Below, piece by piece: positions 28,048 to 36,840 of a stretch of 64,000 nt of DNA. How positions within the stretch are numbered: the first letter of the stretch is position 1; each line of letters opens with the position of its first letter. The notes beneath the pieces were generated by a model. That model had not been told where the DNA came from, searched no databases, and worked only from the letters and a program-made list of their open reading frames with translations. Made by a program: the position numbers and the translations under genes. The stretch lies in assembly GCF_024223415.1 (NCBI RefSeq), contig NZ_CP100500.1; one strand, given 5' to 3'. This DNA is from Escherichia coli (GTDB lineage: Bacteria; Pseudomonadota; Gammaproteobacteria; Enterobacterales; Enterobacteriaceae).

Positions 28048-28534
28048 TTTACGAAATTCGTAACAAGAGGCTTTTCTACGGATCACGTGGTGCGTGCCAC
28101 GTGAAATTTTTGTAGCGCAAAATGTGTAATGTGTAAATACAAGGAAGGAAAAAGTTAAATCGGTGGAAGTCCATGCCTGCCACATGTATGTCTGCATTCC
28201 TCGTTTTGAACAGAATTCTCACCAGACATCGTGAATTTCTCATTCAATCATCAGAGATATTAACCAGGATTTTTATTGTTTTGTGATATCAGCAGTGCAG
28301 GTATACAGACATTAAAGTAATCAGGTTTATTATAACCACCTTTACAAAGTTGTATGTGTTTATAATTTAAGGATTTTAATCCCAGTCGTTTTCTGCTGCT
28401 TAAATTGAGGGCGCATATTATACACAATAATATTCCTGGCATTATTAAATTAATAAAAGAGGATTCTTATCACTGTATTTTTGCTCCGCACTACCGTTCT
28501 GGCTGGTGAAGTAATAATACAGGAGAATAACAGA

Positions 28535-29644
28535 ATGCTTAAAAGACGTGATGCTTTTTTAAAGAAAAGCGCGCTGGCAGTGAGTGTGGCCCTGCTGCTC
28601 TCATCTCAGGCTTCGGCTCATAAAACAATTACTGATTCAACGGCGGGTATTATCTGGATTGATGGTGGCGGTCAGTCACTTGAAAAAGTAGCTGTGATTG
28701 ACCGTCAACTAAATGATACAGGATATAATTTTGCCGTAGGTAGTGGTGCAGCAATTCTGGATGCGGATAAATCCATGGCAACAGGAAATAATACAGCTGT
28801 TTTTAATGCAGACAACAGTGTCGCTCTGGGGTATGGCTCTCAGGTGAATGGAGAAAGCAATGTACTTTCTGTAGGGGCCGGTCCTTCAGGATATGGATTT
28901 TCAGTTGATGGTGCACCGGAAACCCGCCGGATTATAAATGTTTCAGATGGTGTTAAGGATAGTGATGCGGCCACAAAAGGACAGATGGACAACGCCATTG
29001 CAGATGCTGTACGGGAGTCGGGGGATGCCCTGCGCGGTGAGATAGGAGCTGTCTACCGTGATGCTGTTGCTGATGCTAAGAGTCGAGTGGAATCGGCAGA
29101 AAACAGACTTAACGGTAATATTACAGCTGCCAGGGCTTCTGCGCAGGAATACACGGATGCGGTGAAGTCGGATGTTCTGGACGAGACGCGTACATATACA
29201 GACAGCAGTGTGCGTACTGTCCGTAACGAGGTGAAAAGCCAGGCAGAACATCTCAGCGATGTGCTTGTGAAGAACAGGGCGCAGACGGATGCAGCAATAG
29301 CCTCAAATACAGCAGCGATAAGGAATAACAGTCATCGTCTGGATTTGACGGAAGCCTGGCAGAAGATGGCGACAGAGAGAATGAATAATATGCAGGAGCA
29401 GATTAAAGAGAACCGGAAGGAGTTAAGGGAGAGTGCAGCCCAGAGCGCGGCACTGGCCGGTCTTTTCCAGCCATACAGTGTTGGAAAATTTAACGCGACA
29501 GCAGCCGTTGGTGGTTACCGTGATGAGCAGGCCATTGCGGTGGGCGTGGGCTACCGTTTCACAGAGAATGTGGCAGGAAAAGTTGCAGTTGCTGCAGGTG
29601 GGTCATCCGCATCGTGGAATGCTGGTGTGAATTTTGAGTTCTGA
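28535..29644 (+). CDS. Trimeric autotransporter adhesin, YadA/Eib family (prophage moron)
   Basis: ATG at 28535 after AGGAG. It has a signal peptide ..SSQASA, head repeats (NTAVFNADNSVALGYGSQV, SVGAG), a coiled-coil stalk, and a C-terminal anchor ..AIAVGVGYRF...WNAGVNFEF. Confidence 0.85.
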   Translation: MLKRRDAFLKKSALAVSVALLLSSQASAHKTITDSTAGIIWIDGGGQSLEKVAVIDRQLNDTGYNFAVGSGAAILDADKSMATGNNTAVFNADNSVALGYGSQVNGESNVLSVGAGPSGYGFSVDGAPETRRIINVSDGVKDSDAATKGQMDNAIADAVRESGDALRGEIGAVYRDAVADAKSRVESAENRLNGNITAARASAQEYTDAVKSDVLDETRTYTDSSVRTVRNEVKSQAEHLSDVLVKNRAQTDAAIASNTAAIRNNSHRLDLTEAWQKMATERMNNMQEQIKENRKELRESAAQSAALAGLFQPYSVGKFNATAAVGGYRDEQAIAVGVGYRFTENVAGKVAVAAGGSSASWNAGVNFEF

Positions 29645-29704
29645 CAGGTCAGGATTTAGATATCTGTCCCGGGGGAGTCCCCCGGGATATAATGAGGTAC
29701 AGAG

Positions 29705-30160
29705 ATGCTGGATATAATCCTGGCGACGAGAGATATTTATTTTGAAAAAGCCCTGCGAGAGATATTTGGAACCGTAAGCAGTCGAATCAGATATATAGAA
29801 GATGCCATATCAGACAGAAGAAGGGTGCAGTCAGGCAGGTCATTCAGATATTATTTTGTATTCTGTGATGATGAGTATACAGATATTGTTCGTATTCTTT
29901 TTACCGGAGAGGCCTGCTGTATTCTGAATAAGTCGATGCTGAATCTGAGAGCGGCCGGAGGTGTGTTGACGCTGGAAGAGCGCAGAGCGGTACTGAACCG
30001 GTATTACAGAGGTTTAAGTATTGCGGAGATTACAGAAGAGACGGGGCAGAATGACAAGACGGTATACGGTCATCTTCGTCGTGCACTGCAGCGGTCTGGA
30101 TTCCGGAAGGGGCGTTTTATAAAGGGGAGAGAAGCTGCGGGGGATTCAGGTGTTGAATAA
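29705..30160 (+). CDS. LuxR/GerE-type HTH transcription regulator
   Basis: 151 aa with the C-terminal HTH LTLEERRAVLNRYYRGLSIAEITEETGQNDKTVYGHLRRALQR. The N-terminal domain has no recognisable receiver Asp pocket. Confidence 0.7.
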   Translation: MLDIILATRDIYFEKALREIFGTVSSRIRYIEDAISDRRRVQSGRSFRYYFVFCDDEYTDIVRILFTGEACCILNKSMLNLRAAGGVLTLEERRAVLNRYYRGLSIAEITEETGQNDKTVYGHLRRALQRSGFRKGRFIKGREAAGDSGVE

Positions 30161-30271
30161 TGTATCTTATATTGTGATATCGGTGCTGCTGCTGTTATTT
30201 TTTGTTGTATTTGTGACGAATGGTTAAGAATAAAACATGAGCTGGTGATTATCAGGACAGGTTGCTTGTAT

Positions 30272-30367
30272 ATGAAGATAACAAAGGCGGCATTTATTTT
30301 TGCGCTGTCAGTGTGGAGTGTTGCTGTGATATGTCTTTTATTATTTGTACTGGTTGTTCTGGGATAG
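30272..30367 (+). CDS. Candidate hydrophobic mini-protein (31 aa)
   Basis: Hand translation: MKITKAAFIFALSVWSVAVICLLLFVLVVLG*. A related hydrophobic 17-codon frame lies at 30174-30227. There is no clear Shine-Dalgarno sequence. Confidence 0.3.
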   Translation: MKITKAAFIFALSVWSVAVICLLLFVLVVLG

Positions 30368-30440
30368 CTATAGTGGAATTATTATTTTTTTAAGACTATG
30401 GTTTATATTTTTATTCGGCAATATTTCTGTAAACAATTAA

Positions 30441-30476
30441 ATATCAGAAAGGCGTGTTGTATGCGTGAACACGCCT
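30441..30476 (-). terminator. Hairpin terminator downstream of the DinI-like gene
   Basis: 9-bp stem AGGCGTGTT/AACACGCCT, followed by TTCTGATAT on the minus strand. Confidence 0.5.
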
Positions 30477-30543
30477 GAGTATGTATACAGAGATTGTTAA
30501 TTTGGAGAGAATAATTACAGTTGTTATTTATTTGACGTCCTGA

Positions 30544-30792
30544 TTAGTGAAAAAACCAGTCATCAGCAGTTTCCCAGACTTCCTGCAGCGTTTCCTGTAT
30601 GAACTTCTGAGCGTTTTCTTTATCTACGGCTCTTAAAATGGTCAGTCCGTCATTACTGGCGGATTTTACTATAACCTCCACATCGTCATATCGTTTTCTG
30701 ATACGGCGAGACATTTCCTGTTGTAGAGCAGGTACAGAGCCTTTTGGCATTTTGCTGAATTTTTCTTTAGCGATACAGATCTCAACACGCAT
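30544..30792 (-). CDS. DinI-family protein
   Basis: 82 aa. MRVEICIAK...[14 protein letters not shown] resembles recalled DinI (MRIEVTIAK...LQETWESADDWFVSE). An AGGAGG Shine-Dalgarno sequence is present. Confidence 0.85.
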   Translation of the reverse strand: MRVEICIAKEKFSKMPKGSVPALQQEMSRRIRKRYDDVEVIVKSASNDGLTILRAVDKENAQKFIQETLQEVWETADDWFFH

Positions 30793-30807
30793 AACCCCCT
30801 CCTGTAA

Positions 30808-30858
30808 CTGTAGTTATGTACAGGTGTTATTTTTAGCTGTGTGGATAACCAGTGTCAA
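30808..30858 (-). promoter_or_regulatory. Candidate SOS-regulated promoter: TTGACA -35, TAAAAA -10, LexA box CTGTACATAACTACAG
   Basis: A CTGT-N8-ACAG palindrome at 30808-30823 lies between the putative -10 and the Shine-Dalgarno sequence. TTGACA (complement) is at 30853-30858 with a 17-nt spacer. Confidence 0.6.
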
Positions 30859-31006
30859 TTGGTAATATTGCCTATGGGGCATGTATGGGACACTTTTTAT
30901 CGGCGAAATCCGTCGAAGTTCGTCGACATCGAAAACGAATCATCTGTCCAACCCTTGAAAAATGGCGCTCCTGGACGATCTTCGTCGATTTTTAAAAATG
31001 TTGCGT

Positions 31007-31074
31007 CACGCGCGTAACGTGACAGGATTAATATCACAAAGCAACGCCACTTCACCAATTGTGTAAAGCGCCAT
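31007..31074 (-). pseudogene. mlrA: 5' fragment of mlrA (yehV) truncated by the prophage (attR junction near 31000-31010)
   Basis: ATG at 31074 encodes MALYTIGEVALLCDINPVTLRA and then TGA. The recalled MlrA continues ..RAWQRRYGLL. The sequence left of 31007 is phage-type. Confidence 0.85.
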
Positions 31075-31295
31075 CGTCTCACCCTTGCTCGCGAGGTCCC
31101 GGTTTAACTTTAGACGCAGTTTTGCGAACCAGGTAGTTTTGCCCGTTTTTTGTGCATCTATAGGGTGATTTTATTTTTGCCAGGCGATTTTGAGTGATCG
31201 TACTCACGAATTCTCATTTTTCTGCAAGAGTTCAAAGAAAGTTAAACGCAGGCAATGTATGTTACGCGTTTTAAAGGGAAGTGTGGTTTGCGGGT

Positions 31296-32981
31296 ATGTA
31301 CGATTTTAATCTGGTGTTGCTGCTGCTTCAGCAGATGTGCGTTTTTTTAGTCATTGCATGGTTAATGAGTAAAACGCCATTATTCATACCGTTAATGCAG
31401 GTCACGGTTCGTCTGCCGCATAAATTTCTCTGCTACATCGTCTTTTCCATCTTCTGCATCATGGGCACCTGGTTTGGGTTGCACATTGACGATTCTATTG
31501 CCAATACCCGTGCGATAGGCGCGGTAATGGGCGGCTTACTCGGCGGTCCGGTCGTCGGTGGGCTGGTTGGGCTGACCGGCGGCTTACATCGATATTCGAT
31601 GGGGGGCATGACCGCGTTAAGTTGCATGATCTCGACCATCGTTGAAGGATTACTCGGTGGCCTGGTACACAGCATCCTGATCCGCCGCGGGCGCACTGAT
31701 AAAGTCTTTAACCCCATTACCGCCGGTGCCGTCACGTTCGTCGCTGAAATGGTGCAAATGCTGATCATCCTTGCGATCGCCCGACCTTATGAAGATGCGG
31801 TGCGTCTGGTGAGTAATATTGCTGCGCCAATGATGGTCACCAATACCGTCGGCGCGGCGCTGTTTATGCGTATATTGCTCGATAAACGCGCGATGTTTGA
31901 AAAATACACTTCGGCTTTTTCTGCCACTGCGCTGAAAGTGGCAGCCTCGACGGAAGGCATTTTGCGCCAGGGGTTTAACGAAGTGAACAGCATGAAAGTG
32001 GCTCAGGTGCTGTATCAGGAACTGGATATTGGTGCAGTCGCGATTACCGATCGAGAGAAATTGCTGGCCTTTACCGGAATTGGTGACGACCACCATTTAC
32101 CCGGCAAACCGATTTCTTCAACTTATACTTTAAAAGCGATTGAAACCGGTGAAGTGGTCTACGCTGATGGCAACGAAGTACCTTACCGTTGCTCTTTGCA
32201 TCCGCAATGCAAACTGGGGTCGACGCTGGTAATTCCGTTGCGTGGTGAAAATCAGCGGGTGATGGGCACCATCAAATTGTATGAAGCCAAAAACCGTTTA
32301 TTCAGTTCAATCAACCGCACGTTGGGTGAGGGGATTGCGCAATTGCTTTCGGCGCAGATCCTTGCCGGGCAATATGAGCGGCAAAAAGCGATGCTCACCC
32401 AGTCAGAGATCAAACTGCTTCACGCCCAGGTGAATCCCCATTTTTTGTTTAATGCGCTTAACACCATTAAAGCGGTGATCCGCCGCGACAGCGAACAGGC
32501 CAGCCAGCTGGTGCAGTATCTTTCCACTTTTTTCCGCAAAAACTTAAAGCGGCCTTCGGAGTTTGTTACTCTCGCCGACGAAATTGAACATGTGAATGCT
32601 TATCTGCAAATTGAAAAGGCGCGCTTCCAGTCGCGGTTGCAGGTCAACATTGCTATTCCGCAAGAATTATCCCAGCAGCAATTGCCCGCGTTTACCCTGC
32701 AACCGATAGTGGAAAACGCCATTAAACATGGGACATCACAACTGCTGGATACAGGGCGAGTGGCAATCAGCGCCCGACGTGAGGGGCAACATTTGATGCT
32801 GGAGATCGAAGACAATGCCGGTTTGTATCAACCGGTAACCAATGCCAGTGGGCTGGGGATGAATCTGGTGGATAAGCGTTTACGTGAACGGTTTGGCGAT
32901 GACTATGGAATAAGCGTCGCCTGTGAGCCTGATAGTTACACCCGAATAACGTTACGACTACCATGGAGGGACGAGGCATGA
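31296..32981 (+). CDS. btsS: Pyruvate-sensing LytS-type histidine kinase BtsS (YehU)
   Basis: The 561-aa product starting [17 protein letters not shown] matches recalled K-12 BtsS. It has 5TM-LytS, GAF and His-kinase regions. Confidence 0.95.
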   Translation: MYDFNLVLLLLQQMCVFLVIAWLMSKTPLFIPLMQVTVRLPHKFLCYIVFSIFCIMGTWFGLHIDDSIANTRAIGAVMGGLLGGPVVGGLVGLTGGLHRYSMGGMTALSCMISTIVEGLLGGLVHSILIRRGRTDKVFNPITAGAVTFVAEMVQMLIILAIARPYEDAVRLVSNIAAPMMVTNTVGAALFMRILLDKRAMFEKYTSAFSATALKVAASTEGILRQGFNEVNSMKVAQVLYQELDIGAVAITDREKLLAFTGIGDDHHLPGKPISSTYTLKAIETGEVVYADGNEVPYRCSLHPQCKLGSTLVIPLRGENQRVMGTIKLYEAKNRLFSSINRTLGEGIAQLLSAQILAGQYERQKAMLTQSEIKLLHAQVNPHFLFNALNTIKAVIRRDSEQASQLVQYLSTFFRKNLKRPSEFVTLADEIEHVNAYLQIEKARFQSRLQVNIAIPQELSQQQLPAFTLQPIVENAIKHGTSQLLDTGRVAISARREGQHLMLEIEDNAGLYQPVTNASGLGMNLVDKRLRERFGDDYGISVACEPDSYTRITLRLPWRDEA

Positions 32982-33697
32982 TTAAAGTCTTAATTGTCGA
33001 TGATGAACCGTTAGCACGGGATAACCTGCGTGTATTTTTGCAGGAGCAGAGCGATATTGAAATCGTTGGAGAGTGTTCAAACGCCGTGGAAGGGATCGGC
33101 GCGGTGCATAAACTGCGCCCGGATGTGCTGTTTCTCGATATCCAGATGCCGCGCATCAGTGGTCTGGAAATGGTGGGGATGCTTGACCCGGAACATCGCC
33201 CGTATATTGTTTTTCTCACTGCGTTTGACGAATACGCAATTAAAGCCTTTGAAGAACATGCCTTTGATTATCTGCTGAAGCCAATTGATGAAGCGCGACT
33301 GGAGAAAACGCTGGCGCGATTGCGTCAGGAGCGCAGCAAGCAGGATGTTTCGCTGTTACCGGAAAATCAACAGGCGCTGAAATTTATCCCTTGTACGGGG
33401 CATAGTCGGATTTATTTGCTGCAAATGAAAGATGTGGCATTTGTCAGCAGTCGGATGAGCGGTGTCTACGTTACCAGCCACGAAGGGAAAGAGGGCTTTA
33501 CCGAATTGACATTACGTACCCTGGAAAGTCGTACACCACTACTGCGCTGCCATCGTCAGTATCTGGTTAACCTCGCGCATTTACAGGAGATTCGTCTGGA
33601 AGATAACGGCCAGGCCGAGTTGATTTTGCGTAATGGCTTAACCGTGCCGGTCAGCCGCCGTTATCTGAAAAGCTTAAAAGAGGCGATTGGCCTGTAA
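32978..33697 (+). CDS. btsR: LytTR response regulator BtsR (YehT)
   Basis: 239 aa, starting [14 protein letters not shown], with a receiver plus LytTR domain and a 4-nt overlap with btsS. Confidence 0.95.
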   Translation: MIKVLIVDDEPLARDNLRVFLQEQSDIEIVGECSNAVEGIGAVHKLRPDVLFLDIQMPRISGLEMVGMLDPEHRPYIVFLTAFDEYAIKAFEEHAFDYLLKPIDEARLEKTLARLRQERSKQDVSLLPENQQALKFIPCTGHSRIYLLQMKDVAFVSSRMSGVYVTSHEGKEGFTELTLRTLESRTPLLRCHRQYLVNLAHLQEIRLEDNGQAELILRNGLTVPVSRRYLKSLKEAIGL

Positions 33698-33743
33698 AAG
33701 ACTGCTAAAATGGCTTTTTGCCTCATCAACACCTGAAGGCCTC

Positions 33744-34214
33744 ATGCTAAGTAACGATATTCTGCGCAGCGTGCGCTACATTTTGAAAGCCAATAATAAT
33801 GACCTGGTGCGTATTCTGGCGCTGGGTAATGTCGAAGCCACCGCGGAACAGATCGCCGTCTGGCTACGTAAAGAAGACGAAGAGGGTTTTCAGCGTTGTC
33901 CGGACATTGTTTTGTCGTCATTCCTCAATGGCCTGATTTATGAAAAACGCGGCAAGGATGAGTCTGCTCCGGCACTGGAGCCGGAACGTCGCATTAATAA
34001 CAACATCGTGCTGAAAAAATTACGCATCGCGTTTTCGCTGAAAACCGATGACATTCTGGCTATCCTCACCGAACAGCAGTTCCGCGTTTCGATGCCGGAA
34101 ATTACAGCGATGATGCGCGCACCGGATCATAAAAACTTCCGCGAATGCGGCGATCAATTTTTACGTTATTTTCTGCGTGGACTGGCAGCGCGCCAGCATG
34201 TGAAAAAAGGCTAA
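33744..34214 (+). CDS. yehS: DUF1456 protein YehS
   Basis: 156 aa, starting MLSNDILRSVRYILK, in the K-12 position. Confidence 0.9.
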   Translation: MLSNDILRSVRYILKANNNDLVRILALGNVEATAEQIAVWLRKEDEEGFQRCPDIVLSSFLNGLIYEKRGKDESAPALEPERRINNNIVLKKLRIAFSLKTDDILAILTEQQFRVSMPEITAMMRAPDHKNFRECGDQFLRYFLRGLAARQHVKKG

Positions 34215-34252
34215 AAAATTGGCGGTCATGTTTAGAGCATGACCGCCAACCG
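34214..34252. terminator. Bidirectional terminator between yehS and yehR
   Basis: 11-bp stem TGGCGGTCATG/CATGACCGCCA, with an A-run upstream. Confidence 0.7.
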
Positions 34253-34253
34253 A

Positions 34254-34715
34254 TTATTTCACTTCTTTAAAACCAGCGGCTTTCATCACCAGTTCCATTT
34301 GCGCCATAGTGATACCTTTTTTGGCATCTTCAGCAGAAACGTTGATTCCTGAAATACCCTGCAGGGCTTTAAAATCCACTTTTTCCATATCGATAGTCAC
34401 GTTTTCCTGCGCGTAGGTATCGGTATAGGTTAATTTTTCTTCAACACCCGCGATGTTTTTGTATTTGGCGCTTAACGGCTCAAGTGTCTTGGCAGCATCT
34501 TCTTTGGTGGTTGCACCAATGGAGGCAAATTGAATTTTGGTTTCAGAAGATTGCTTAAGCACCTTGTCACCTTTGTAGACATAGGTAATGGCAATTTCAG
34601 TGCCGTTCAGATTGGCGCTGAATTTCTTCGATTCTTCTTTGTCACCGCAGCCAGCAAGAGAGAAAACCAGAACAGATGCAACAACGAGGGAAAACAGCTT
34701 ATTGAAAGCCTTCAT
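34254..34715 (-). CDS. yehR: Lipoprotein YehR
   Basis: 153 aa with the lipobox LAGC (MKAFNKLFSLVVASVLVFSLAGCGDK). Confidence 0.9.
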   Translation of the reverse strand: MKAFNKLFSLVVASVLVFSLAGCGDKEESKKFSANLNGTEIAITYVYKGDKVLKQSSETKIQFASIGATTKEDAAKTLEPLSAKYKNIAGVEEKLTYTDTYAQENVTIDMEKVDFKALQGISGINVSAEDAKKGITMAQMELVMKAAGFKEVK

Positions 34716-34839
34716 GTAAAACTCCATTTTATTTAATCAAGGAACTGGTGACTCTCACCAGGGGCTATATAGGATATGCCTAATACCGTGGCGTGAGCAG
34801 TCCGGAACTGGAGTAGAACTCTTAGTAAAAAGCACTATT

Positions 34840-36840
34840 TCATCCTTGTTGCTGAAGCATGGGGAATAATTGTTCGCAAAGCAAAACACCGTTATTCATT
34901 GCTTCTACCCGTGCCTCGCTTTCTGTATTACGAAATTGTCCCAACACATGTGCCAGCCGATAAAAACCCACCGCGGTGAGGTCATTCGCCAGCAACTCTG
35001 CCTGACCAATAGCACTCTGTTCCTGATAGCGCCAGCCGTTATGGAGCAGTTGAATAAGTAACGCCTGGCAGCGTATCAGCAACTGATGAGCAGTAGACGG
35101 CACAGGCAAAACGCTGGCAGAAGGTAGCGGTGCCACAGGCGTAGTTTCTGCGTCCAGCGCCCAGGCACGGGTTTTTGTCATCATCACCCGTGGTTCCAGT
35201 GTCAATTGCCCTTCAACAAAACTGACAAAGCCAGAAACCAGACACACGGGGTCGTCTGTTTGTTGCAAAAGCGCCGCCATGCGTTCAACGGCATAAGGTG
35301 CGCTGGCTGAGGCTGGTAATGATAACGTCAGCACATTATCTTCCCCTTCGCCGCTAATGACCTGCGCATCCAGCGTCTGGCGGCTGCTGTCCCAACCGAG
35401 CGAAATACACTCAGCGACCGGCAGAATAAATAAGTTATCGACCTGATTAAGAGGCCGTATGCAGGCGGGGGGACGCTGGCGTAAATATTCCCGCAAAGCC
35501 ACAATGCCCGGCTGGCGTAACGGCGCGCTCAACATTTGCCAGGCATCAGGCGACAGCGGCACAACGCTGCTTAAGCGGTTGCGGGTAGCTAACAGCAGCT
35601 CGCCATCGGCACTGCGTTTTGCTGCTTGTGAAACAATTTGCCCGCCCGCCAGTGCGCCAGCCTGAAAACTAAACAGCCGACGCGTAGCTGCCGGTGAGTT
35701 TTCCTGTTCACTTCGCGGCCAACTGCGCGAAAGGTGCAAAATACTGCCGGTGTCGGGATCGGTAAACCAGATGCGTAAACCATAATGCTCAATATCCTGC
35801 CAGCAACGCATACCTAAAGACACCAGCCGCAGATGATCAAGCTTTGCTTCTCCGGCAATGCCAGAGCCAACGACCGTGCGCCACGGCACAGGAGGAACTT
35901 CACCAATACTGTCGCGCCGGGCCATCTCTTGTGCGCAATTTAATCGACTGTTTAATGCCGCAAGCTGATGTAAGCATTCTCCGGCATTATAGTGGCTGGC
36001 GCGGGCGTGGAAGGCATCAACGCTGGCGCGCAGTTGCCGTAGCGATTCACTCACCCAGCGCCAGTTGCAGGTCTCTGCCGCCTGCAATGCGCGGTTGAAT
36101 GCTGCCTCGTAATGGATGAGCGGCTGGCTGATGCCGCCAAGCCATAATGTCTGGCTTAATTGCTGAACATATTGACGACACGCGTTGCCTTCTTCGCTGG
36201 CAAACGGATCGTCAGATGATGTGACGTGTTCGCTGCGCATCTGCCAGATTAAATGGTTAAATTCTGCTTGCTGCGCTTTGGCCTCGACGAAGGCCTGTAC
36301 CGCCAGTACGACATGTTCGCAAAGTGTGCCTTCAATACAATCACAACGGGCGAAACGAATACTGCTGCGGGAATAAAAACGCACATCGCTCATCGGTAAG
36401 CGGGCAGAGGGAATTTCACCCGGCGCACAGAACAACTCAATGGTGATGCCTTTAGCGACCAGCGCCTGTGCGCGTTTGCGGGTAGCATCGGGAAGGGTAG
36501 CCAGTTCTTCCAGCCAGATTGCCGGATCCCACTCTTCTTCTTTTTCCGTAGACTGAGTGGTGGCACAAAGTCGTTGATAACTTAACACCAGCATCACGCG
36601 ATGACGGCACATACCGTTGGCCCCGCAACTGCACTGAGCCTCTTTCAGTGCCTGGCCGTTCGCCAGCTGGGTACGGACACCGTCACTGAAGGTGGCGATT
36701 AAAGCGTCGTTCTCATGGCTGATCTCCGGGACGTTGCCATTTTCCAGTTCCTTAAGACTGCGCTTAACAAAACCGGCATTGCTTAACGCCGTCAGGGCCT
36801 GCGGTGTCAGTTCTAATAATTCCGGACGTAGTGAATTCAT
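34840..36840 (-). CDS. yehQ: SWIM zinc-finger protein YehQ
   Basis: Start MNSLRPELLEL, with a 4-nt ATGA overlap with the yehP stop. Two CxC-x(n)-CxH motifs are present: CSCGANGMCRH and CDCIEGTLCEH. Confidence 0.9.
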   Translation of the reverse strand: MNSLRPELLELTPQALTALSNAGFVKRSLKELENGNVPEISHENDALIATFSDGVRTQLANGQALKEAQCSCGANGMCRHRVMLVLSYQRLCATTQSTEKEEEWDPAIWLEELATLPDATRKRAQALVAKGITIELFCAPGEIPSARLPMSDVRFYSRSSIRFARCDCIEGTLCEHVVLAVQAFVEAKAQQAEFNHLIWQMRSEHVTSSDDPFASEEGNACRQYVQQLSQTLWLGGISQPLIHYEAAFNRALQAAETCNWRWVSESLRQLRASVDAFHARASHYNAGECLHQLAALNSRLNCAQEMARRDSIGEVPPVPWRTVVGSGIAGEAKLDHLRLVSLGMRCWQDIEHYGLRIWFTDPDTGSILHLSRSWPRSEQENSPAATRRLFSFQAGALAGGQIVSQAAKRSADGELLLATRNRLSSVVPLSPDAWQMLSAPLRQPGIVALREYLRQRPPACIRPLNQVDNLFILPVAECISLGWDSSRQTLDAQVISGEGEDNVLTLSLPASASAPYAVERMAALLQQTDDPVCLVSGFVSFVEGQLTLEPRVMMTKTRAWALDAETTPVAPLPSASVLPVPSTAHQLLIRCQALLIQLLHNGWRYQEQSAIGQAELLANDLTAVGFYRLAHVLGQFRNTESEARVEAMNNGVLLCEQLFPMLQQQG

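Larger units (their letters stand above)
1..31006. mobile_element. Lambda-like prophage, late/right half (left end outside window), integrated in mlrA (yehV)
   Basis: Contiguous lambda-order modules: lysis S-R-Rz/Rz1, cos, nu1-A-W-B-C-D-E-FI-FII-Z-U-V-G/T-H-M-L-K-I-J, side fibre, accessory block. Homology to the mlrA 5' end starts at 31007. Confidence 0.9.

Noticed and set aside
30897-31082. 61-aa minus-strand ORF spanning the prophage/chromosome junction.
   Set aside because: It starts at a GTG out of frame with the authentic mlrA ATG (31074) and reads across the att junction, so it is a chimeric artefact. The true mlrA frame stops after 22 codons.
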